A DNA stretch of 64,000 nucleotides, taken from IMG/VR virus record IMGVR_UViG_3300047320_000352; one strand, given 5' to 3'. Shown piece after piece: positions 48,764-56,356 of this stretch. Positions within the stretch are counted from its first letter, which is position 1; every line of letters begins with the position of its first letter. A program made the translations under genes and the position numbers. Origin of the DNA: an uncultured virus (IMG/VR IMGVR_UViG_3300047320_000352). Lineage: Duplodnaviria; Heunggongvirae; Uroviricota; Caudoviricetes. A model generated the notes under the pieces. The model was not told where the DNA came from, made no database searches, and saw only the letters and a program-made list of their open reading frames with translations.

Positions 48764-48878
48764 CGGGACTTGAGCGCGGATGAGCCGACGGCCACATATT
48801 CTGTGGCACGCCAGCAACAGCCACGCTCAAGTCCCGACAGACTTTATTGTTCGAGGCCCGACAGACTTAATTGTTTGA
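48764..48878. repeat. 16-bp inverted repeat plus 22-bp tandem direct repeat
   Basis: Inverted repeat 48764-48779/48821-48836 (15/16); direct repeat 48833-48854/48857-48878 (20/22). Confidence 0.8.
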
Positions 48879-48879
48879 A

Positions 48880-50901
48880 TCACGGTGCAAGTGCGTCGAC
48901 AGGCACAGAGCTGCTGTTGAGCGTTCCATCGCCGAGTGCGCCTGTCGTGTTATCACCCCAGCACTTCAAGCCAGTGCCCAGCTGCGCGCAGCTGAAGTAA
49001 TACCCGTCCAGCACGCGCGTCACGCCTGCGCCCAGGCCGATGACCGTCGAAGGCAATGACACGTTCGTGCGTGTGTTGTTGCCAATTTGGCCCCAGTTGT
49101 TATAGCCCCAGCACAAGGCCGCAGAATTTGCCGTGGCGCAGGCGTGGATGTTTCCCGCGCTCACGCTCGTGACGCCGGCGCCCAGGCCAGTGACCGCAAC
49201 GGGCACGTTGCTGTTGGTCAGGCTGCCGTTACCCAGTTGACCGGCGCTATTCAGCCCCCAGCAATAGAGTCCGCTGTTGACAATCGCGCAAGTAAAGTTG
49301 GCGCCAAGCGCAAAGCCCGTGACGCCCGACGTCATTCCGGTCACCTGAACAGGAACGCCGCTTTGCACGGTATTGCCGTTGCCCAGCTGCCCAGACGTGC
49401 CGGCTCCCCAACATTTCAGCCCGCCCGAGACCAGGGCGCAGGTGTGATACCACGTTCCCGCAACCCGGGTCACGCCGGAGGTGAGTCCGATAACCTGAAC
49501 CGGCACGGAGCTATCGGTCAGCGTGTTGTTGCCCAACTGATAGTTCCCGTTAAGGCCCCAGCATTTCGCGCTGCCAGATACCGTTGCGCACGTATGGTAG
49601 TACCCGGCCGACAGCGTCGACACACCGCTCGCCAGTCCGCTCACCAACGTCAGGACGCCGCTGCTCGCCGTCGAATTGTTGCCCAGCTGGCCGTAGCCGT
49701 TGTATCCCCAACAGTACGCGCCCCCGTTAATCTGTGCGCACGTGTGATAGTAGCCGGCCGTGATGCTTGTCACAGGCCCTGGCAGCCCGACAACGTTGAC
49801 CGGGACGAGACTGTCCGTCGTGGTTCCATTGCCAAGCTGGCCATAACCGTTAGAGCCCCAGCACTGCAGACTGCCCGACGGAGTGACGACGCAGGTGTGG
49901 TGGCCGCCGGTCGCAACCTGCACCGCCTGAATGGGCGCGCCGTTAACCGTGAGCGTGTAGACCTGCTGACCTGTTTTGGCCCGGTAGCTGGCCACGACCT
50001 GGAACGACGACCCTGCATCGTTGCGCGCGGTCGGCGTGCCGCTGAGCAGCCCATCGGCCGACACGCTCAAGCCCGCGGGCAGCCCGGTTGCGGTGAAGCT
50101 TGCCTTGCTCGCGTCAAACGAATCGTCGCCGCTCACGCTGAGCTGTGTCTTGAAGTCGTAGGGCGTGTAGGCGGTGTTCGCGCGCGCCGCGGGCAGCGTT
50201 GCCGTCGCGAGGCTCACCGCAATATCGAGCGTCACCACCTGATAGGTTTGCTGCCCATTGAAGCCGCGGTACGTCGCGCGGGCGGTTACTGAGCCGGAAC
50301 CCGAGGTCACCGGTGTGCCGCCAATCCAGCCATCGCTGGTGAGATACAGCCCCGAGGGCAGCGTGCTCGACACCACAGACCACGTGACACCTGTGCCGTT
50401 GTATGAGGCATCGCCGGTAACCGACAGAAGCGAGCGCAGGTCATAGCTGTAGGCTTCCCCCACGATGGCCTGGGGCGGCGCGCCGGCCGAGAGTGCGACC
50501 GTGATGCTGGCTACGTAAATCTGGTATCCCTGCTGACCCGCTTTGGTTTTGTACGAGGCCATCACCTGGAAGCTCGATGTGCCCCCGGCCGTCGGTGTGC
50601 CGCTGACCGTACCATCGCTGTTGAGTGTGAGCCCCGCAGGCAGGCTGCCGGAGGTCAGACTCCAGCGCACGCCATAGCCGGTGTACGCAGCGTCGCCGGT
50701 GACCGCGAGCAGGCTTTTCAGGTTAGCGCCCGCGTACGGCTGACCGACAAGCCCACTGGGTAGGGCGCTGGCGCTGAGAGAAACTCCGATATTGCTTGTC
50801 GTTGTGCGATTGGGGACTGGCACCACGACAAAGTAGGAACTGGCGAGCGAGCCTAGGCTAGTCAGCGCGAGTGTCGCGGCCAGCAATGAGTGTTTAAGCA
50901 T
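48880..50901 (-). CDS. secreted Ig-repeat protein with RCC1-repeat beta-propeller tip
   Basis: Signal peptide, SSYFVVVPVPNR, three Ig repeats, seven HTCA...CWGxNxxGQLG-type repeats. Confidence 0.9.
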   Translation of the reverse strand: MLKHSLLAATLALTSLGSLASSYFVVVPVPNRTTTSNIGVSLSASALPSGLVGQPYAGANLKSLLAVTGDAAYTGYGVRWSLTSGSLPAGLTLNSDGTVSGTPTAGGTSSFQVMASYKTKAGQQGYQIYVASITVALSAGAPPQAIVGEAYSYDLRSLLSVTGDASYNGTGVTWSVVSSTLPSGLYLTSDGWIGGTPVTSGSGSVTARATYRGFNGQQTYQVVTLDIAVSLATATLPAARANTAYTPYDFKTQLSVSGDDSFDASKASFTATGLPAGLSVSADGLLSGTPTARNDAGSSFQVVASYRAKTGQQVYTLTVNGAPIQAVQVATGGHHTCVVTPSGSLQCWGSNGYGQLGNGTTTDSLVPVNVVGLPGPVTSITAGYYHTCAQINGGAYCWGYNGYGQLGNNSTASSGVLTLVSGLASGVSTLSAGYYHTCATVSGSAKCWGLNGNYQLGNNTLTDSSVPVQVIGLTSGVTRVAGTWYHTCALVSGGLKCWGAGTSGQLGNGNTVQSGVPVQVTGMTSGVTGFALGANFTCAIVNSGLYCWGLNSAGQLGNGSLTNSNVPVAVTGLGAGVTSVSAGNIHACATANSAALCWGYNNWGQIGNNTRTNVSLPSTVIGLGAGVTRVLDGYYFSCAQLGTGLKCWGDNTTGALGDGTLNSSSVPVDALAP

Positions 50902-50997
50902 GAAAAATCCCTTTGGGACGGACGTGCGTCAGCGACCTGGGTTACAGGCCAACTTGGTAGTTGGTATAGCGTTGAAAGAGCTCAGCGTTTCGATGAA

Positions 50998-51035
50998 AAA
51001 ACCTCCATGGCATCGCTGCGCATGGAGGTGTGAGG
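50998..51035 (-). terminator. terminator hairpin, repeated at 42880..42918
   Basis: AAAACCTCCAT...ATGGAGGT. Confidence 0.75.
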
Positions 51036-51053
51036 GTTGGTGCTTGAAGTGGC

Positions 51054-51740
51054 CTAGAAGTCTAGGACGATGACCTTCAGCGGTTCAATCGTGCGCGGCT
51101 CGGGCGGCTGCTTGTCGAGCCACGTCCGGTACGGCCCTTGGGCATAGCCGAACAGCTCGTGTTCGCGGATGATGGTCCAGGACCACGGACCGATTTTCCC
51201 GAGCGTCAAGGCCACCTGTCGCAGCCAGTGGCTGAGTGCGGGACTTGCGTCTATACGCGCCTTGAGGCTTGCGGTTGCGGCTTCATCACGTCCCATCTTG
51301 TTTTCGCCGGCGGGCACGCGACACGCGACGGCACCATATCTTCGCCGGTTGCGGTCCCGTTCGTTGCAGACTTGGATGTCGCAGCGTTCGGTTTGATGCG
51401 CTGTAAAAAACGCCTTCATTTCGAACAGCATCTCGCGGAACTCGACGAGCTCCAGCGACGGATGCACCGCGGGTAGCAGCAGGAGCTTTGCCAGGTTCAG
51501 CGTGAGCATCGTGCCGCGTTCAACGGGCGTCAACTCGAGGTCAATTTCCGTAATGGCTTTCTTGATGGCATCCAGTCGCAGGTTTGCGGTCGGCAGGTCC
51601 ATGAACATGGCGGCTAGATACTCGCGCGCCTGGTCTTTCGTGCGCACGGGTTCCCGGTCATCTGCGATAAAGATGATTTTGCCATCTGCGTCGGCCGAGG
51701 CGATGAGAGTCAGCAGTGTGTCGGTGTTGGTTCTGAGCAT
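51054..51740 (-). CDS. hypothetical protein
   Basis: GGAGG RBS; CTATAC motif 36 nt upstream. Confidence 0.75.
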   Translation of the reverse strand: MLRTNTDTLLTLIASADADGKIIFIADDREPVRTKDQAREYLAAMFMDLPTANLRLDAIKKAITEIDLELTPVERGTMLTLNLAKLLLLPAVHPSLELVEFREMLFEMKAFFTAHQTERCDIQVCNERDRNRRRYGAVACRVPAGENKMGRDEAATASLKARIDASPALSHWLRQVALTLGKIGPWSWTIIREHELFGYAQGPYRTWLDKQPPEPRTIEPLKVIVLDF

Positions 51741-51885
51741 GATGTTTCCTCCGTGAATGTTAGACTAATCCAATCCGTATAGAAGAAAAACGAGAGCCTC
51801 CAAACGCAAGGCGTAGGGAGGCTCAAGGTGTTGGACTGCGTCAGTCTGGACGAACAGTTAGCACGCGCCGACGGACATCGTCGGC

Positions 51886-52020
51886 CTAGCCAAGAGAGGA
51901 CACGTCGCCAGGCGCTTCCTCTTTCACCGTTTCGCACCGTTCGCATCGAACGAGGCTGTCGTACCCGCTGCCGTAGCGTTCCCAGACGTGCTCGCAAAAG
52001 AGTCGTTTGAGCCAGTTCAT
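51886..52020 (-). CDS. small Cys/His protein (44 aa)
   Basis: MNWLKRLFCEHVW...CERC; ATGA overlap with the NMNAT stop. Confidence 0.6.
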   Translation of the reverse strand: MNWLKRLFCEHVWERYGSGYDSLVRCERCETVKEEAPGDVSSLG

Positions 52021-52619
52021 GCGGGCGAAGTCTCCAGCGCACGCTGCGTATATTCGTCCGCGAGGACCTGATACCCGGGCGTCGACATCCACTGCTCGAG
52101 GAAGCCGAGCGCGCCGGCGGGAACCATTTCCTGCATTTCGGCAAGACGCGCCTCGAGCGGCCGGCGTTGGTCGAACATCACATTGCGCACGGTCGTGGCA
52201 TCGAGGTCGTTCGCCCGCGGGACGCTCTCGAGCTGCCAGTCCGGGAAGAAGTTGAGGTAGTAGCTCGAATCGTCCTTGAAGTGGCCGATAAGCGCGACGC
52301 GCCCCGCGCCTGGAACTGCCTGCGCTACAACATCCTGAACCTTCGCGACCCAGCTTTCGTTGTCACCGAAGTCCGGCACCGGCGCAAACAGAACGCGGTT
52401 CACGGCATCGCCGGCGATACAGCTCGCAATCATGACCATGCGCTGGTCAGCGCACAGCGGATTCTTGAGGCTGCTTGGCGCGCCGTCCGAGCCGAGCACC
52501 ATGACGACCCACTTTCCCAGGGCGAGCGCCTGCAGCACGAGCGCGTCGTGGCCATTGTGATAAGGCTCGAAGCGGCCGATATAAACGACCACGTCATACG
52601 GATAGTTTTTCTCTTGCAT
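52017..52619 (-). CDS. nadM: NadM-type nicotinamide-nucleotide adenylyltransferase (no Nudix domain)
   Basis: YIGRFEPYHNGH, KNPL, IGHFKDDSSYYLNFFPDW and DATTVR motifs. Confidence 0.85.
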   Translation of the reverse strand: MQEKNYPYDVVVYIGRFEPYHNGHDALVLQALALGKWVVMVLGSDGAPSSLKNPLCADQRMVMIASCIAGDAVNRVLFAPVPDFGDNESWVAKVQDVVAQAVPGAGRVALIGHFKDDSSYYLNFFPDWQLESVPRANDLDATTVRNVMFDQRRPLEARLAEMQEMVPAGALGFLEQWMSTPGYQVLADEYTQRALETSPA

Positions 52620-52620
52620 A

Positions 52621-53271
52621 TCAACCCTGTGCGGCAACGCGCGCGAGCGCCTGCGTGAATCGCGGCAAGGCGAGCGCCGTGCCGTAGAGGTACGACTGGC
52701 CTTTGAAATGCCGCAAGCCGTAGGAGCCGACCTCGAGACCGGCGACGACCAGGTCCGTCTGCGCTGCGCCGCATTCTTCCCGGTCGATGCGCATCCCGAT
52801 AGGACCTTCCGCATAGAGCGCCACCGCACGGAACATCATCTCCTGCGCGGCCATCAGCTCATCGAGGCGCGTCCGCCATCCGGACACATCGGTGCGCTCG
52901 AGCGACACATACCACTCAGCCTTCATGAAGCCGTGCTGATGAGTCTCGTCGAGCACCGACTCGTCACGAAGGCAGGGCGTCCAGCCGATGAATCCCGGCG
53001 CGCCGCCAGCCAAAAGGCCCTGTTCGCGCAACATCAGGAAACTCTGTTCGCCCGAGCCCACGAATGAACCGTGCGGGGTGGAGATGTCCCGGCAGAATGC
53101 AGGTCGGTGCGCAGCGGCGTACCCACCCGGAACCATCCACGGCAGGTCGACATACATGAAGCCTTGCGTCTGCCACCACTGGATGGCCAGATGCAGAAGC
53201 AGGAGGCTGTTCGGGGGAAAGGGGCCCGTTACGGCGGGCGCACGTGGTTCAGTTCGAAGTACGACGGCCAT
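52621..53271 (-). CDS. stand-alone class II aminoacyl-tRNA synthetase-like catalytic domain
   Basis: GSGEQSF, motif-2-like TPCLRDE...H...FMKAE, EVGSYG, motif-3-like GTALALPR. Confidence 0.7.
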   Translation of the reverse strand: MAVVLRTEPRAPAVTGPFPPNSLLLLHLAIQWWQTQGFMYVDLPWMVPGGYAAAHRPAFCRDISTPHGSFVGSGEQSFLMLREQGLLAGGAPGFIGWTPCLRDESVLDETHQHGFMKAEWYVSLERTDVSGWRTRLDELMAAQEMMFRAVALYAEGPIGMRIDREECGAAQTDLVVAGLEVGSYGLRHFKGQSYLYGTALALPRFTQALARVAAQG

Positions 53272-53545
53272 TGACGAATGCTCGCTGGGTGATGTTGGAG
53301 AACGTGAGAAGGTCTTGCATCGTCAGGCCGGGCAGGTGGCGCTCCATGAACTTCTGGATGGCGCCCACCATGTCCGAAAGCTCGACGGCCGCCATCACGC
53401 GCGAGCCTTGCTCCATCGCGTCGCGCAACTCGTCGAGTTCTTCCTGAATCTTCGAGAGCTCGCCGAGCTCTCCCTTGGGGATTGCCACCAGGTGATAGCC
53501 GGGCTTCGCCACAGCGACTGCGGGCAGGGGTACGTGTGAGGTCAT
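53249..53545 (-). CDS. MazG-like all-alpha NTP pyrophosphohydrolase
   Basis: KIQEELDEL...VELSD acidic motif; about 98 aa. Confidence 0.7.
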   Translation of the reverse strand: MTSHVPLPAVAVAKPGYHLVAIPKGELGELSKIQEELDELRDAMEQGSRVMAAVELSDMVGAIQKFMERHLPGLTMQDLLTFSNITQRAFVNGRRTSN

Positions 53546-53558
53546 GGGTTCAATCTCT

Positions 53559-54005
53559 TCAGTCATCGGTTGGCACGTGCGATTCTTCAATGTCCTCGCG
53601 ACTGCGGTCCTGCTGCCGACGAGCATTTGCGTATTCGTTGAGGTAACAGGCTTCCCGGACCGTGAGCGGGCGGCAGAGCTTTTGCACTTTGGCGAGGTAG
53701 CTGGCGACTTGCTCGTACCTCCGCGCGCCTTCGTCGATGCCACCTGTCCACGGCTGTAGTTCCATCAGCGCGAGGTCATAGCGGTGAGTCACCCAGAAGG
53801 CACAGGCGAACACAGGGGCGCCCGCGAGTAGCACGAACCAGGGGTAGGTGCTTGCCTCATAGAGGAAGCCATAGGCAAGGCACAAGCCAACGGTCAGCGT
53901 CCAGAAAAACGTCAGCGCAAGCCGCGCCCGACCACGCAATGGAACGCGCTCGGCGTCCAGCTGCTCTGTTGCCGGCGGCGCGGCGCGAAGGTCGATGGAC
54001 TTCAT
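53559..54005 (-). CDS. two-TM membrane protein, paralog of 54002..54478
   Basis: IDL.A.PP....L.AER and VASYL......R.LT..EA motifs shared. Confidence 0.75.
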   Translation of the reverse strand: MKSIDLRAAPPATEQLDAERVPLRGRARLALTFFWTLTVGLCLAYGFLYEASTYPWFVLLAGAPVFACAFWVTHRYDLALMELQPWTGGIDEGARRYEQVASYLAKVQKLCRPLTVREACYLNEYANARRQQDRSREDIEESHVPTDD

Positions 54006-54478
54006 GCGGCAGGCTTCTCGACGCCTGTACCATGAACCGCCCGCCAGGCCTCGACCGCGCGCTCGTGGTCGACGAGCTCAATGGTCTTGCGGGCATACCG
54101 CCGGATTTCGCCCGCTTCCAGTCGTGTCAGTTCTCGCCCTTGGTGCTGAAGCGCGCCAAGGTAACTCGCTACCACCGGCTCCCGCTTCGCTGTCTCGAGC
54201 GGCAGACACTGGAGCGGCGTCACCGGAGACAGCAGCTCCCGCTCAAACGAAAACCGCATGAGGAATACGGCGACAGCCCCCAACGACAAGGCGAAACCGA
54301 ACCCGGCAAGGCCGCCGCCCATGAACGAATCTCGCGTGAGCCAGACCACAGGCACCATGCCCACTACGAGAGGGATAAGGCGCAGCAGCCACCGGCGCTG
54401 AAGCACAGCGATGTGCTGGCGCTCTGCCTCGAGCACGTCCTGTGTAGGTGGCGTCGCAGTCAGGTCAATCTTCAGCAT
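54002..54478 (-). CDS. two-TM membrane protein
   Basis: Paralog of the downstream gene; ATGA overlap. Confidence 0.75.
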   Translation of the reverse strand: MLKIDLTATPPTQDVLEAERQHIAVLQRRWLLRLIPLVVGMVPVVWLTRDSFMGGGLAGFGFALSLGAVAVFLMRFSFERELLSPVTPLQCLPLETAKREPVVASYLGALQHQGRELTRLEAGEIRRYARKTIELVDHERAVEAWRAVHGTGVEKPAA

Positions 54479-54487
54479 GCCGCCCCC

Positions 54488-55012
54488 TTACGCCGGCTCG
54501 CGCTTCGCAGGCGCATCTTCACCGAAGAGCGCGTGGTACCGCTCGGGCGTAAACTGGTCGCTGTCAAAGTACCAGCGCTTGGCCGAGTCAATGCTGACCG
54601 GACGTGTGCTCGCGAAGCGCCGGCATCCGGCATCGAGGCAGGGCTTGGCCACATCGAAGATGCCTTCGGTTTCCGTCTCCAGGTCCGATTCGTAGCTGAA
54701 CACGAACCAACGGCCGCTTTTGGTGACCGCCAGGCCGGGTTGGCTCATCCACGTGTTGAAGCGGTCGTGAAGATACGGCTTGCCGACAGCGATGATGGTC
54801 GAGTCGGCGCCCCTGAAAACGAGCGTCGGAGCGGGCTTGCCGTTAAAGGGGGGCGGCTCTTCGAATTCGAGTTTGCTGAAATCCTTCGGTAGCGCGACAT
54901 CCATGGCGTGGGTGACGTCAGCTTTCAGCATGTCCTGCGTGGGGCCGCCACATCCCGTGAGGGCCGCGGCTAGCGCGCCGGCAAGCGCCAGTGTCTTGAG
55001 AAATTTTTGCAT
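54488..55012 (-). CDS. lipoprotein
   Basis: Signal peptide with LTGC lipobox. Confidence 0.8.
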   Translation of the reverse strand: MQKFLKTLALAGALAAALTGCGGPTQDMLKADVTHAMDVALPKDFSKLEFEEPPPFNGKPAPTLVFRGADSTIIAVGKPYLHDRFNTWMSQPGLAVTKSGRWFVFSYESDLETETEGIFDVAKPCLDAGCRRFASTRPVSIDSAKRWYFDSDQFTPERYHALFGEDAPAKREPA

Positions 55013-55033
55013 TGAAAACGAATCCCTTTGAAC

Positions 55034-55369
55034 TCAGCTGTGCGCCGGCGTGCGGCTCGCTATCACAAGTGCTGCGAGTACTGTGATGAAAATCGCCTTG
55101 CGAAGGGCGAAGATGAGTGCGATACCGACGACGAGTGCCATCAGTACATTGCCGTCGGCCAGGAGCCGGCCATTGGATGTGACTTCGGCTGCCAGCGTCA
55201 GATGCGTCCATTGCGCAAGCATCGCGATGCACGCCCAGACGCCAATCAGCGCGACAGTCATCACGCCGCGATGGAAAGCGGGCGGCGTGATAGCGCCGTT
55301 TTGTTGGCCCGCGACGTAAGCAACACGTGCCTCGCGCGCCGGAGAGAAAAAGCGCTTCAGTCTGTTCAT
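55034..55369 (-). CDS. membrane protein
   Basis: ATGA overlap with DUF1643; hydrophobic segments. Confidence 0.65.
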   Translation of the reverse strand: MNRLKRFFSPAREARVAYVAGQQNGAITPPAFHRGVMTVALIGVWACIAMLAQWTHLTLAAEVTSNGRLLADGNVLMALVVGIALIFALRKAIFITVLAALVIASRTPAHS

Positions 55370-55869
55370 GCTGGGAGTTCCTCGGTGACCCACGCAAACG
55401 GCTGCGGTGTCAGTGTCTTGGGCAAATAAAGCGGATGCCCTGGATGCCCGTCTTTCGTCAGGCGCAGGTAGCGCATTTCCGGGATGAGCTGCTTCACCCG
55501 TGAGTCGCGCTCCATGTGGGTGCCGTGCACACCCCACGCAGCCACGACAAGGCCCGCGCGCCGCGCGAGTCGCTCAAGCCAGACATCGTTTTCTGGTCCT
55601 ACCGGGTCATTGGCCGCGAGCATGGCTGCGGGGTCCGTTGAGCGGAAGGCAAAGAGATTGACCATGCACACGCCGCTATATCCCCAGGCCTTCGCGAACG
55701 CGATGCATCGGCGGATAGTCGGGTCATCGTTATTTTCGTCTGCCGTGCTCGGGTTGAGCCCGATAAACAGGACGTATCCGCGGTCGACAGCGCCAGCCTG
55801 CGCGCCCCATGCGCGCCAGAGCGCGTAACGGTAGAGCCGACAGGGCGAGAAGTGGGCGCTTCGGTCCAT
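55366..55869 (-). CDS. DUF1643 family protein
   Basis: YRYALWR.W, FIGLNPSTAD, DDPTIRRC, NLFAFRST, AAWG and HPLY motifs. Confidence 0.88.
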   Translation of the reverse strand: MDRSAHFSPCRLYRYALWRAWGAQAGAVDRGYVLFIGLNPSTADENNDDPTIRRCIAFAKAWGYSGVCMVNLFAFRSTDPAAMLAANDPVGPENDVWLERLARRAGLVVAAWGVHGTHMERDSRVKQLIPEMRYLRLTKDGHPGHPLYLPKTLTPQPFAWVTEELPA

Positions 55870-55886
55870 GGCAAAGTCTCCAGTTG

Positions 55887-56315
55887 TCAGAGTGCTACGC
55901 CGCGCAACTCGTACCACGAGTCTTCCGGGCCGGCCTCATTGCATTCATCCGAGAAGTCATACTCGATGCTCACGCCCAGGCCCTGTTCGCGAGCCCAAGC
56001 CGTAAATTCGAGCCAGACGTCGTGATTTGCATGCGTTGCTGCGTCGATTCGCTTGCCGTTGTCGTAGATGCCGAGGAGTTGCTGGATATGCCCCGCGCGG
56101 TCCGCGCGCCGCAGCTCAATGGGGATAAACCGGCCCGAATTACGTATCGAGCTTTCAATTCGCACCTTGTACGATTCAAAGAGTGCAACCGTCTCATCGC
56201 GCCGAGCGGCTCGATGAACTGCGGCTTGCCTCTGCTCGCGCTGAACCCGCGCCGCCGCGGCAGCGGGTTCAGCCGCGGCGGTTTGCTTGAGGATAGTTCC
56301 CAGATTCGTAGTCAT
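55887..56315 (-). CDS. hypothetical protein, paralog of 19403..19843
   Basis: NLG..LK, VWLEF and SWYEL motifs. Confidence 0.75.
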   Translation of the reverse strand: MTTNLGTILKQTAAAEPAAAAARVQREQRQAAVHRAARRDETVALFESYKVRIESSIRNSGRFIPIELRRADRAGHIQQLLGIYDNGKRIDAATHANHDVWLEFTAWAREQGLGVSIEYDFSDECNEAGPEDSWYELRGVAL

Positions 56316-56356
56316 ATCTGCCCTTTTTTTGAGGTTGAGTGGCCGGTGGTGCGCGC

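Noticed and set aside
48833..48878. Possible CRISPR repeat
   Set aside because: Only two 22-bp units separated by 2 nt; no spacer and no cas genes.
48751..48878. Possible integron attC site
   Set aside because: The flanks do not give a matching RYYYAAC...GTTRRRY pair, and there is no integrase in the window.
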